Of a stretch of DNA of 64,000 nucleotides, positions 37,580 through 47,509 are shown piece after piece. The DNA is from Candidatus Woesearchaeota archaeon. Its GTDB lineage: Archaea; Nanobdellota; Nanobdellia; Woesearchaeales; GW2011-AR4. Below the pieces are notes generated by a model. The model worked only from the letters and a program-made list of their open reading frames with translations, was not told the DNA's origin and searched no databases. Position numbers and translations under genes: made by a program. The stretch is taken from contig JACPDF010000023.1 in the NCBI GenBank assembly GCA_016184145.1, forward strand, positions 1,229-65,228. Reading direction: 5' to 3'. The number at the start of each line of letters is the position of its first letter. The stretch's first letter is position 1.

Positions 37580-40500
37580 ATGAAAAAACCACTGTTATTT
37601 TTAATAAGCTGTACTTTGTTTTTGTTATTCTCCACAATATCTGTTACTGCACTTTTTGGGAGGGTTGCCTATAATCAGACATTTCATGATATTTGCTTTA
37701 AGATTAATGATGATTATTATCACTTCCTAATTGACCACACCCAGGCAGACAGCTGGCCTTGTGGTGGCATTGATATAACAGACGATTCCATAAGGCTAGA
37801 GTGTATAAGTGATTTTGACGGGGCGTTTCAACACCAGTATGCACCATGTAGGGTAAGTGGAGGTCAATCTTGCGGAAGGTTTAGCTTCTATTCAAACCAG
37901 GCCTATGGAGTACATACAAATTCTGAAGAGCCTAGCTGGGATCCCACAGGACTTTTTGATGGCACTACAACCATAGATGGATATCCTTACTCACAGTACC
38001 TTACAGAAAGCTTCCAACGGGCAAACAGCCCTGTTCCGCATAGATTTTATTCTGATGGCAATTCCTGTCCCTCAGCTATAATTCAATCCACTAGCCCCAA
38101 CAACGATTCATTTACGCACCAAAGGGAGAATACAATAACGATCAACACGGATGCTGTTTCTGAATGCAGGTATTCAAATGATTCAGCTTCAAACTTCGCC
38201 AACATGATATATTTTCAGAGTACAAATTCAAATGCTCACACATTTAGCTTTAATGCAACAGAATTGATAAATTACAGCTTCTATGTAAAATGCAACACTA
38301 CGCTTGGAGACGTGAATAATGAGCATTATATTTTTAGAATTAGAACTGAAAATTTTGCCCCAATAATTGTAAGATCAATCGGAACTTTAACTACTTTGGT
38401 AAACCAGACCTTCATTTATCACGTGTGGGCCTATGATCCGGATGGTGACAAAATAAACGTCTCTGATGATACTGATTTATTTGACATAGATAGCACCACC
38501 GGGTTTATAAACTTCATACCTTTAACAAATGGTACATACAAAATAAATATCAGCGTAAAAGATGACAACACCATAAAATCGTTGAGTTCGTATGAAATTA
38601 TGATGTTGGTTGTTCTTAATGAAAATGATACTATTGCCCCCAATATATCAATTATAAGCCCTCTGAACGGCTCGACAGTAACTACAAACTTCACATGGAT
38701 TAACGCAACCACGAATGAAAGCGCGACATGCAGTTACAAGCTTGAATACGAATGCAGCGACTGCGAGCCTGCTTTTACACAGATGAATAATACAGGAGGG
38801 GCTATACATAAGCATTATATCGATAATCTGGAAAATAAAAGCTATAATCTCACTGTAAGTTGCAAGGATGTGGCATTGAACAAAAAAAATGTTACAATAT
38901 CTTTTAATGTTGCCTTTCCTCAGCCTGCCTCTAGTGAAGGCGGTGGAGGCGGTGGAGGTGGTATAGCAAACATATCAAACCCCTACAACCTGACAATAAC
39001 TGTAAATTCGCCAACAAACAATTCAATAATCAATTCCATTTCCGTAGATTTAGACATTTCAACGGATAGATATGCTGTATGCAGATATAGTTTGGATTCC
39101 GGCATATTTAATTCTTTGGATAGAACAGTCGTGGTAACAAGTGACGCATGGAAAGTTGGAACCTCTACAAAAATATTGGAGATAAGCGAAGACCTTCTAA
39201 TTGGAACAAACAGGGAAACTTTGAGAAACATCACAACCTTTATAGACGATTCAGAGCTAAATGCCTTGGCATCTGGCACAGTTTCAAACTCAAAAGGGGA
39301 TGCTCCATATAACCAATACCTATATCTATTAGGGCCGGGAGCAGCAGCTCAAGTAAATACAGGTTATGTCATCTACACAGAAGATGACAATGACGTGACA
39401 GCAGATTTCCTGTACTTCAAATCAGGAACTGAAATAGCAAGATACCTTTTGGAATTTACAACCTCTCTTGAATCGGATGTTGATGACAATACTGGAACAG
39501 CAACAACAACAGGCCTTTACTTAACGGATTTTGAAGATGTTGATATAACTATGTTTGGCAAAACATATACAATCGTACAAGCGCAAAGAGTAAATTCAAC
39601 TGGAAATAATGTCAAATTAATTTTGATTTCTGGAGCTATAAGAGACACACTAGTGGAAGGAAACACAAAAACATACACAACCGATGGAAAAGACTATGAA
39701 GTTACAGTAGACTACGTAGACTCGAACAGCGCTAAGTTCACAATAAACGGAGAAAGCACAAGAGATTTGCTTGATGGAGACACAGATAAAATATCAGATG
39801 GGACCACAATAGGTGTTTCAGAGATATTGTACCAAGATTATGCTGGCGGTATCCACACCGTAACATTCTTCTTGGGAGCACAGAAAGTGGAGTTAACAGA
39901 TACGAACATAAGAGATGTTGCATCTTCCAATAACCTAAAAATTGATGATGAAACAATAGACGATGCGTATACCATCATAGAGGGAAGTGACAACAACAGC
40001 ACATTTAAGATAGGCAGGATACACGTAAACATGACTGCAGACGATGACTTTTATGTGCCAGCAGGAGGCAAATTAAGCGAGAATCCTGATATGAGTGAGC
40101 CGCAAGTTCTGTTTACGCAAAATTGGGACATAGGGTATTGGGGCTTAACTGACGAACCAATAGAAACTATTGAAATCGCAACTAGCGGTCCTAGTAGATA
40201 CATATTGAAGTTTAAAGATGGAGACGGAAGCGAAGCAAGCCTGCCTTTGGCAGAAGCTGTCGGGGCTTCAACACTAGAATTTGGAGAAAAAAACAGGGCA
40301 TTAGTCAATAGAGAAAATCTGGTTATAACCAAAGATGATTATTTAATTCTCACAGACAGCAGCGAAGAAAGAGGAAAAAGAAAAACATACGCATTGCAGT
40401 ATAAAGGCGCTGATAAGATCACTGCAGACAGCCACGTATTGAAATTTAAGGATTTGGGTAATGGAGAGACAATAGAACAGACTTATACAGACGCCAGCCC

Positions 40501-42799
40501 CTTAGCAACTTTAAAGTTAGGCGGTGCAGATTTCAAAGTCTATAAAGCGCCTGGAGCAAGTATTTCTGCTAATGATTTTGACATACAAGTTGATTTAGAT
40601 GCGGATAGTATTTTAGAAACCTCAGGAGAGTTTATATCAATAACTACTTGGTATGGCGCAGAAATAAACATAACAAATGAAACTGCCAATAGGATAGACT
40701 TCGCTGTTAAAACACCAGATGATGATAGAGACAGCAATGCAGAAGATAATGTCGAGACTTTACAAGCCACAGATTTAACCGGTTATGTATATGTGAGTTC
40801 TGATTCTGTTAACATTCAAAGGACAGGAAATTTGAATTTCAGGACTCCAGGTGGGGAGACTAATGTAGCTTATGCTTATACAAGCTATGGGACGTTTATA
40901 ACCCACAATATGCCATCAGATGAGCCAGCGACATTGGTAATTGAATACCCTGAAAGACAGAGAGAAGCGCTTGTTTATATTACAACACCCCAGCAAACAG
41001 AAAATACCTACAAAAAAACGTTAAATAACTTGGCAGAGGGGCAGCATACAATCCTGATAAACTGCACAGATTCGTTAGGAAAGCCATATACAGAATTTCT
41101 TGGCTTCGACACCGGAAAATTAATAAAAGACCAAAGTTTACAAATCACATTTAATAGCCCAATTAATAACTCGATTTTTTATGGCGATTATGTCAATTTG
41201 GATGTGTCTACGAACAAATCTGCGAATTGTTTGTATAGCCTTGATTATGGTACATACAACAACTTAACCAATCCCTTAATAATAAATGAAACTACCTTAG
41301 TCGATGTTAATGTTTCAATATTTGATGTACTAGTGGAGGGGGAGACTAAAACTTATTCAATAGGCAATTATGATTATGAAGTTACATTAAATTTTGTAAG
41401 TCCTACTGAAGCACAGTTCACAGTTAATGGTGAAACGATATCAAAGCTGGAAAATGGATTTATTGATTACCTTATAGATGGAACCATAATTGGGGTTGAT
41501 GAGATTGTATATGAAGATTTTGCTGGAGGTTTGCACTACGCATATTTCTTTTTAGGGACGGAAATTAACAGTACAACAATACTTAACATTACAAATTTTA
41601 ACACTATTCATTCGATAAACTTGACAAATTTGGATGAGGGTGAACATAATATTAAAGTCAAATGTAACGATATTGATGACAATTACAATAGTGATTTTTT
41701 AAATTTTAAATTTTTTAATAATATTTGCGTGACGAAATGGGAATGCTTAAATTTCTTGTGCGGTTCCGATGAAAGAAAAAGGTGCAACCAAGTTTTTGAC
41801 TTGAATAACTGTTATTCTAAAACTAATCTAGAGAAAGATTTGTACAATGGTGATTATAAAGAGTTTGAAGAAGTGTGTGATTATAATAATGATCACCTAT
41901 TTGGCAATTTTACAAATATTTCCCATAATCTTAATAACCTTAGCTTTGTAATAGAAAATGAAAGTATAAAAATATCAGAAGGAAACGAAACAATATTATT
42001 CTTTAATTTCAGTTTTATTAATTTTGAATTAAATTTTTTCAATATAACAATTCAAAAACAAAATAATCTTTCAACAAAAGGCTCAATTTTCATCTCCGGA
42101 ATAGATCTAACCTCCCAGAATAAAACTAAAACAGTTTATATGGACAAAATAAGCGGCAATAGAGTGTGCATTAAAGACGAAGAAGTTCTTTCAATAAATC
42201 AAATAACGTCTGATTGTTCTAATTCAAGCGAAATTTCTTTGATATGTGATGGTGCAACAAGGAGTGATTACGCATGCACCGATTTAGGAAACAAATATAA
42301 AATAGAAGGATTAATACACTCAGGAGCAATAGAATATACTTTCAATCCTGCACCAGAACCATCCCCACCATCTGGAGGCGGAGGAGGTGGTGGCGGAGGC
42401 GGAGGAGGTGGTGGTGGAGGTTCTGGGCTGTCTTACACCTGCAACATGGACTGGAGCTGCTCAGACTGGTCTGCTTGCGAGGCAGGCTGGGAAACAAGGA
42501 AATGTGATTTTGTAAAAGTTGCGCAGCACACACAGAGTGAAGAGTGCCCATCAATAGATAGTGTACCTGCTATGGCAAGAAAATGCGAAGTAATTCAAGA
42601 GTTGGAAAAAGAGATTAAGGGGGCAGAGGAAAGTGTAAATGATACAGCCAAAACTGAAGAAAGTAAAAATCAAATAACAGGAATGGCTGTTTCTGAAGTT
42701 GAGGGAAAACCAAACTTATTGGTTGGTATAGTATCTTTGATTTTAATAGTAACTATGGGGATTTTCTTGTATTATCGCTTATTTTTCAGAAAGAAATAA
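37580..42799 (+). CDS. giant surface protein (1739 aa): signal peptide, Ig-like/beta-rich domains, embedded S-layer-paralog block, poly-Gly linkers, Cys-rich stalk, C-terminal TM anchor
   Basis: N-terminal signal; residues about 520-1140 are about 75% identical to the 15574-18183 product; GGGGGGGGG and SGGGGGGGGGGGGGGGGSG runs; C-terminal LLVGIVSLILIVTMGIFLYYRLFFRKK. Confidence 0.7.
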   Translation: MKKPLLFLISCTLFLLFSTISVTALFGRVAYNQTFHDICFKINDDYYHFLIDHTQADSWPCGGIDITDDSIRLECISDFDGAFQHQYAPCRVSGGQSCGRFSFYSNQAYGVHTNSEEPSWDPTGLFDGTTTIDGYPYSQYLTESFQRANSPVPHRFYSDGNSCPSAIIQSTSPNNDSFTHQRENTITINTDAVSECRYSNDSASNFANMIYFQSTNSNAHTFSFNATELINYSFYVKCNTTLGDVNNEHYIFRIRTENFAPIIVRSIGTLTTLVNQTFIYHVWAYDPDGDKINVSDDTDLFDIDSTTGFINFIPLTNGTYKINISVKDDNTIKSLSSYEIMMLVVLNENDTIAPNISIISPLNGSTVTTNFTWINATTNESATCSYKLEYECSDCEPAFTQMNNTGGAIHKHYIDNLENKSYNLTVSCKDVALNKKNVTISFNVAFPQPASSEGGGGGGGGIANISNPYNLTITVNSPTNNSIINSISVDLDISTDRYAVCRYSLDSGIFNSLDRTVVVTSDAWKVGTSTKILEISEDLLIGTNRETLRNITTFIDDSELNALASGTVSNSKGDAPYNQYLYLLGPGAAAQVNTGYVIYTEDDNDVTADFLYFKSGTEIARYLLEFTTSLESDVDDNTGTATTTGLYLTDFEDVDITMFGKTYTIVQAQRVNSTGNNVKLILISGAIRDTLVEGNTKTYTTDGKDYEVTVDYVDSNSAKFTINGESTRDLLDGDTDKISDGTTIGVSEILYQDYAGGIHTVTFFLGAQKVELTDTNIRDVASSNNLKIDDETIDDAYTIIEGSDNNSTFKIGRIHVNMTADDDFYVPAGGKLSENPDMSEPQVLFTQNWDIGYWGLTDEPIETIEIATSGPSRYILKFKDGDGSEASLPLAEAVGASTLEFGEKNRALVNRENLVITKDDYLILTDSSEERGKRKTYALQYKGADKITADSHVLKFKDLGNGETIEQTYTDASPLATLKLGGADFKVYKAPGASISANDFDIQVDLDADSILETSGEFISITTWYGAEINITNETANRIDFAVKTPDDDRDSNAEDNVETLQATDLTGYVYVSSDSVNIQRTGNLNFRTPGGETNVAYAYTSYGTFITHNMPSDEPATLVIEYPERQREALVYITTPQQTENTYKKTLNNLAEGQHTILINCTDSLGKPYTEFLGFDTGKLIKDQSLQITFNSPINNSIFYGDYVNLDVSTNKSANCLYSLDYGTYNNLTNPLIINETTLVDVNVSIFDVLVEGETKTYSIGNYDYEVTLNFVSPTEAQFTVNGETISKLENGFIDYLIDGTIIGVDEIVYEDFAGGLHYAYFFLGTEINSTTILNITNFNTIHSINLTNLDEGEHNIKVKCNDIDDNYNSDFLNFKFFNNICVTKWECLNFLCGSDERKRCNQVFDLNNCYSKTNLEKDLYNGDYKEFEEVCDYNNDHLFGNFTNISHNLNNLSFVIENESIKISEGNETILFFNFSFINFELNFFNITIQKQNNLSTKGSIFISGIDLTSQNKTKTVYMDKISGNRVCIKDEEVLSINQITSDCSNSSEISLICDGATRSDYACTDLGNKYKIEGLIHSGAIEYTFNPAPEPSPPSGGGGGGGGGGGGGGGGSGLSYTCNMDWSCSDWSACEAGWETRKCDFVKVAQHTQSEECPSIDSVPAMARKCEVIQELEKEIKGAEESVNDTAKTEESKNQITGMAVSEVEGKPNLLVGIVSLILIVTMGIFLYYRLFFRKK
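39144..40990. repeat. about 1.85-kb paralogous block shared with the S-layer-like gene (15838-17745)
   Basis: DNA stretches such as gatgc(a/t)ccatataaccaata(c/t)ctatatctattagggcc are identical; protein identity about 75% over about 640 aa. Confidence 0.7.
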
Positions 42800-42805
42800 T
42801 AGTCA

Positions 42806-43486
42806 TCAATTCTCAATCATAGTCCCATTAAATTTCCTATCATTCAGCAAATTCTCAAAATTTCTTAAATCTTTGCCTATAATTATCACTTTTATTCCTG
42901 ACTTTTCGGCTTCTTTTGCCGCTATCGGGTCAAAAGGTGCGTTTAATCCGGCAATCCATTTGTCTCCTACCATCCTCCTATAGTGTTTCCAGCAGATATT
43001 TTTTATTTTTTTTGCATTTTTGTGCTTTTTAGGGTCTTTATCATAAACATAATCAACATTGCTCATATTGATTACTGTTTTTGCTTTAAGGTTCTTTGCC
43101 AACAAGACAGCATCATAGTCAGTTGACCATCCCGGCTTCCATCCGGAGGCTAATATTATTTTTTTATTGGAATCAATTTTTTTAGTCGGGTTTTGAATAA
43201 TGTTCTTATCAGCAGAATTCCCGAAAACCTGCTTGACAACATTTGCGTTTATCATGGTTGCGTATATGCCCAGCCAGTCCAAATCGCGGCTTGTAATGTT
43301 CTTCTTCCTGGAAGCTGCCTTTTGGAATTGCCTTGCTATTGAGCCTCCGCCGCATACAACAACAAAACGGTAATTTTTTTTAATATATTTTTCAATGGTT
43401 TTCCTGAAATTTTTTAGAAAAGATACATCTATTTTGTCTGGAGCAATTAATGAGCCGCCTAATGAGAGGATTATTGTTTTTGGCAT
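42806..43486 (-). CDS. pyrH: uridylate kinase (archaeal type)
   Basis: amino-acid-kinase fold: ILSLGGSLI, VVVCGGGSIAR, ILASGWKPGWSTDYDAVLLA. Confidence 0.75.
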   Translation of the reverse strand: MPKTIILSLGGSLIAPDKIDVSFLKNFRKTIEKYIKKNYRFVVVCGGGSIARQFQKAASRKKNITSRDLDWLGIYATMINANVVKQVFGNSADKNIIQNPTKKIDSNKKIILASGWKPGWSTDYDAVLLAKNLKAKTVINMSNVDYVYDKDPKKHKNAKKIKNICWKHYRRMVGDKWIAGLNAPFDPIAAKEAEKSGIKVIIIGKDLRNFENLLNDRKFNGTMIEN

Positions 43487-43557
43487 TGCTAGGATAAGCT
43501 TTATGTTTTTATATAAATGTTTCTACAGAAATATTGGAACTTCTGGCAGGTTTATAC

Positions 43558-44655
43558 CTAGCTTACAATAACCTTTGCTCTGGGGCTGTATTGCACTGAA
43601 AAAAGAGTGTAGGTTCCAGGCTCTTCCATAGCAACCTCGCTAGTATTGCCTATCGCTATCAATGGGCCTTTTATGGTCTTTTTAGGACTATCACTCATAA
43701 GCATAAACATTACCCCTTCCCATTTAGCATTTTCGTTATGAATCAAGATCTTTTCCCCTGCTTCTATCTCGACCTCTTCTGGGTAAAACCCTTCCCTCCC
43801 AAAGAAGATTATCTCATTATCTTTTAGCTCTAACGGCTCGGTTTGCTCTGAACATACCTTCAGCACTTTTTCGGCATCAAGAATGAGACGTTCTCTCTCC
43901 CCATCCATTAATCCCTCAATAAACTTCCTATTTGCCTCTATTGTGCTGCCAATATAATAATAGAAACCCCAGTGCTCATTGGGATAGACTTCAACAACAA
44001 GCTCAGGGGTGCACCATATATTAATGTTGTAGCTTAAATCCAAATCCAAAAGCGAGTCTTTTTTGTCGTACATTACCAGATGTGTTTCTATAAAACTATC
44101 TTTTCCAAATATATTTATTTTTTCCAAGTTGTGGTCGTAATGGTATACTGCTTCCCTCCATTCTTGATTTGTAAGGCCATTATAATCTATCCAGTCTTTA
44201 GAGTCAATATTCCAGTTCTTTACCATCAGATCGTATCTTCTTTGCACAAAATCAGTAAAGTTCCGCTCATTTTCAATAAAGTTATATTCTTTTTTAATCT
44301 TAAGGATATTAAATCTGGCAGAACCCCTGACATCAAAGGTGTTTTCTATTCCTGTCATATTAACCCTTTCCACATCTTCAAAACTATATTTTTTTAATGG
44401 ATAATAGCTTTCGTTGATGCCATCTTCAAGCTGAGAGATATTTATATACCTTGTTTCTTCAACTTCTTCTGTTCTGTCTTTTTCCTCCACTTCATTGTCC
44501 GCCAGCTCGATATTATCGCATATCGAATTCATGTTCTCATCTAAGCAACATTCTCCCCCTATTTCAATCATTGGAGGATTGCAACTGTTTACCTTGTTTT
44601 GCTGGCATCCTATTAAAACAATGAATACCAGTATGAAAAGCAGGCTTTTTCTCAT
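43558..44655 (-). CDS. secreted/lipoprotein-like hypothetical protein
   Basis: signal peptide with GC lipobox-like MRKSLLFILVFIVLIGCQQ; Cys-rich N-terminal region. Confidence 0.45.
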   Translation of the reverse strand: MRKSLLFILVFIVLIGCQQNKVNSCNPPMIEIGGECCLDENMNSICDNIELADNEVEEKDRTEEVEETRYINISQLEDGINESYYPLKKYSFEDVERVNMTGIENTFDVRGSARFNILKIKKEYNFIENERNFTDFVQRRYDLMVKNWNIDSKDWIDYNGLTNQEWREAVYHYDHNLEKINIFGKDSFIETHLVMYDKKDSLLDLDLSYNINIWCTPELVVEVYPNEHWGFYYYIGSTIEANRKFIEGLMDGERERLILDAEKVLKVCSEQTEPLELKDNEIIFFGREGFYPEEVEIEAGEKILIHNENAKWEGVMFMLMSDSPKKTIKGPLIAIGNTSEVAMEEPGTYTLFSVQYSPRAKVIVS

Positions 44656-45686
44656 TTTTCAACCTTCTCTCTTAAAGGTTTTGTCTCTTCCAGAAAATCA
44701 AAGTAGCCCATCCATTTAATGTCTTCAGCACGCTCATAAAATATTTTTAAATCATCATCTACTATCACCATCCAAACCCTGTAATAGGTATTTGGGACCA
44801 TGCCATCATCAAATAATCTTATAATATCTGTATCCGCCATCTCAGCCACGAATTGCCCATTCTGCGGTTCAACTAGCGTGCTGGATTTAAGGCTCTGATA
44901 TATATCCGATGATTTGTTTATTGGGTTTTCTGCCAGTGCTACAAGGCAATGCCCGGCATAGTCCTGCACAATCTTTCCTGGATCAAATGATCCGCAAATT
45001 ATATACATGTAAGTGCCTTCAATCTCTTTTTCCTCGGTTGTTGGAGTTATTTCTTCTCTCGTATAATTTACCAGGCATTCGCCTACAAGATAATTGTACT
45101 CTGCCCTGAACAATAGGGAGAAGTCTTCACAGTCCCCTCCTTTGTCATCATATATCAGGCTAAGATTTTTCAGAAAATCACTTTTTCCGGTAGATATCTC
45201 ATCTAGATAATACTTGAACTTGTTCTTAGCGTTGACTTCGTTTATGCATGACAAGTCAATTTCGCATGTATCTTTAGCTTTCATGCAACCTTTTAGCTCT
45301 TCTTTCATCCCGTCATAAATATCGAGATTTTCTAAGTTAATATTTTGTTTAAACCAATTAATAGAATCTTGGACTGTGTTTTCAAAATCATTCAATTTGT
45401 CCATTGTCTGGTCCATGCTAGTCTCTACCTCTTTCATTTTTTGGCTTATAGAAACAGATTCTTCCTTTACACCAATATTCTCCTCTTTTAATTTACTATT
45501 TTCTTTCTTTAACAACTCATAATTATTTTTTAATACCTTAAAATTCTCCTCAAGCTGTTTAGAGGAAGATTTTAGATTATTAAGGTCTTTTTTCAATCCT
45601 ATATAAGAATAAGCGGATAATGCAATGGTTATAAGTAAAAGTATGGACAACACAGTTATAGTTATCTTATCCTTAGGCTTTACCAT
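44652..45686 (-). CDS. membrane-anchored coiled-coil protein with a transglutaminase-like Cys/His core
   Basis: N-terminal TM, coiled coil, GGDCEDFSLLF and AGHCLVAL motifs; 4-nt overlap with the downstream lipoprotein gene. Confidence 0.4.
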   Translation of the reverse strand: MVKPKDKITITVLSILLLITIALSAYSYIGLKKDLNNLKSSSKQLEENFKVLKNNYELLKKENSKLKEENIGVKEESVSISQKMKEVETSMDQTMDKLNDFENTVQDSINWFKQNINLENLDIYDGMKEELKGCMKAKDTCEIDLSCINEVNAKNKFKYYLDEISTGKSDFLKNLSLIYDDKGGDCEDFSLLFRAEYNYLVGECLVNYTREEITPTTEEKEIEGTYMYIICGSFDPGKIVQDYAGHCLVALAENPINKSSDIYQSLKSSTLVEPQNGQFVAEMADTDIIRLFDDGMVPNTYYRVWMVIVDDDLKIFYERAEDIKWMGYFDFLEETKPLREKVEK

Positions 45687-45798
45687 TAAGTATTCAATAA
45701 TTAAAACAGTCTTTTAAATCTTTCTTATTATTTTCAACTAGACCACTTTAATGATATATATTTATATATACAAATATATATGAAATAACTTTGTTAAA

Positions 45799-46437
45799 AT
45801 GCTCTTTTCAAACAGGCGCGAAGCAGGAAAAAAGCTTGCGGAAAGGCTTAAAAAATACAAGGGCAAAAAGGATGCGATAATACTGGGCATTCCAAGAGGG
45901 GGTATAGAAGCAGCTTTTGAAGCAGCAAAAGAATTAAGAGTTCCTTTAAGCGTCCTGGTAACTAAGAAAATAGGCTATCCTTCCGACCCTGAGTTTGCCA
46001 TAGGCGCTGTAGGACCTGGAGGCCATTACAAAATAAGCGAGGGATACGCGGCAGAAGCAGGAAAAGATTACATAAAAAACGCTGTCAAGGAGCTTTCAAA
46101 AGAGATAGGAAGGAGATATAAAAAATATACCAAAGGAAAAATACCCGTGCTAAAAAACAAGATTGTAATACTGGTTGATGACGGCTTAGCCACAGGCTTT
46201 ACAATGATGGCTGCAATTGAGTATGCAAAAAGCCAGAAGCCAAAGAAAGTCATAGCAGCGGTTCCTGTTGCAGCGCAAGACAGCTTTGAGAAAATCAGGA
46301 AATCAGCTGATGAAGCTGTTTGCCTGCATATGCCTGTGTTTTTCGGCTCTGTCGGCTCTTTCTACCAGGACTTTGCGCAGCTGGAAGACAAGGATGTAAA
46401 GAGATATCTTGAGGAAGCAGAGAAATTTTCAGGCTAG
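45799..46437 (+). CDS. phosphoribosyltransferase-family protein
   Basis: type I PRTase PRPP-binding motif IVILVDDGLATGFTM. Confidence 0.7.
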   Translation: MLFSNRREAGKKLAERLKKYKGKKDAIILGIPRGGIEAAFEAAKELRVPLSVLVTKKIGYPSDPEFAIGAVGPGGHYKISEGYAAEAGKDYIKNAVKELSKEIGRRYKKYTKGKIPVLKNKIVILVDDGLATGFTMMAAIEYAKSQKPKKVIAAVPVAAQDSFEKIRKSADEAVCLHMPVFFGSVGSFYQDFAQLEDKDVKRYLEEAEKFSG

Positions 46438-46784
46438 CTTCCAAGGCCAATAAAGCTGACGCCAATAATAATCAATATGACGCCCAGCCATTTCAATTTA
46501 TTCATTCTTTCCCCTAAAAATTTAATTGACAATAAGCTGACCCATATATATGCCAGGGAAACAAGTGGGTATAAAATAGACAAGTCTCCGCCTTTTAGTG
46601 CAGGGATGAAAAGCATTGTTCCGATAGCATACAAAAAAACTCCCCCCATAAGATGGTAATTAGCCATCAATGATTTTATGCTGGAAAGCTTTTTAGCGGA
46701 TGCTTTTTTTAATAAAATAGGCCCAAATGCGCCTACAAAAGTGGCCAAAACCACCAGCCCAACAGCCCAAAGCTCTGTTGCCAT
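46434..46784 (-). CDS. small 4-TM EamA/SMR-like transporter subunit
   Basis: 116 aa, four TM helices; tandem with a similar paralog. Confidence 0.55.
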   Translation of the reverse strand: MATELWAVGLVVLATFVGAFGPILLKKASAKKLSSIKSLMANYHLMGGVFLYAIGTMLFIPALKGGDLSILYPLVSLAYIWVSLLSIKFLGERMNKLKWLGVILIIIGVSFIGLGS

Positions 46785-47161
46785 TACATTACCACCTGCC
46801 CTTCTGCCTTATTGCTGCCATAGCCTATCAAAATTATGCCTGACATTATTGTAAAAACACCTGCCCATTTGAAAAGATTCATCTCTTCATTTAGAAAATA
46901 AATTGACAAAAAGCTTACCCATATGTAGCTTGTTGCAATTATAGGATATAAAACAGATACTTCTCCTCCCCTAAAACTGAGGATAAGCAAAATGCCGCCA
47001 ACAGCATACAGCAAGACTCCCATCAGCAAAGGCAGGTTTGTTATTATGCTTAATAGGTTAAACTCAAGCTGCTCTGCCCCAAATTTGTAGAACAATTGGG
47101 CTGTGGAAGTGAGCAATGTGCAAAAAAGCACCATTCCCATTGCCCAAACTTTAGTTGCCAT
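46784..47161 (-). CDS. small 4-TM EamA/SMR-like transporter subunit
   Basis: 125 aa, four TM helices; 1-nt overlap with its partner. Confidence 0.55.
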   Translation of the reverse strand: MATKVWAMGMVLFCTLLTSTAQLFYKFGAEQLEFNLLSIITNLPLLMGVLLYAVGGILLILSFRGGEVSVLYPIIATSYIWVSFLSIYFLNEEMNLFKWAGVFTIMSGIILIGYGSNKAEGQVVM

Positions 47162-47509
47162 TTTTCAAACCAAAATTATTTTTATTTGAATTTTTCCAAT
47201 AATAATCAGTTTCTATCCTATGATGCATAACTATTTGCTATGGTTTATTTAATTTCACTTTTGATATCATTCTTGCATTGAAAAATATTTAATCATAGCC
47301 TGCGTTTTTGCCATCCTGCTTTGCTAAGGCAAAAACGCCGGTTATTATTTTTTTGTTTTTATTGGCATTGTTTTATTGATTTATTTGTAAACTATTGGAT
47401 TTAATGCCTTAGTTGTGCACTTGTTTGCGAGCCTTATTGGCATTCCTTTTTTTATTGCAGCTTTGTTTTGATTATTTTTTGGATTATTCTTTCTGATTTT
47501 CATACTATT
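47162..47509. repeat. intergenic repeat module family 1, copy 3; hairpin core 47299-47341
   Basis: CCTGCGTTTTTGCC-N16-GGCAAAAACGCCGG plus extended homology to copy 1 (gtgcacttgtttgcgagccttattggcatt versus gagcacttgtttgtgaacttattggcatt). Confidence 0.6.

Noticed and set aside
38938-42423. GGN-codon runs (poly-Gly) in the giant protein as possible CRISPR-like or phase-variable repeats
   Set aside because: They are in frame and coding (Gly linkers), with no spacer-repeat periodicity; not CRISPR. Slippage would change linker length only in units of 3 and is not demonstrable from one sequence.
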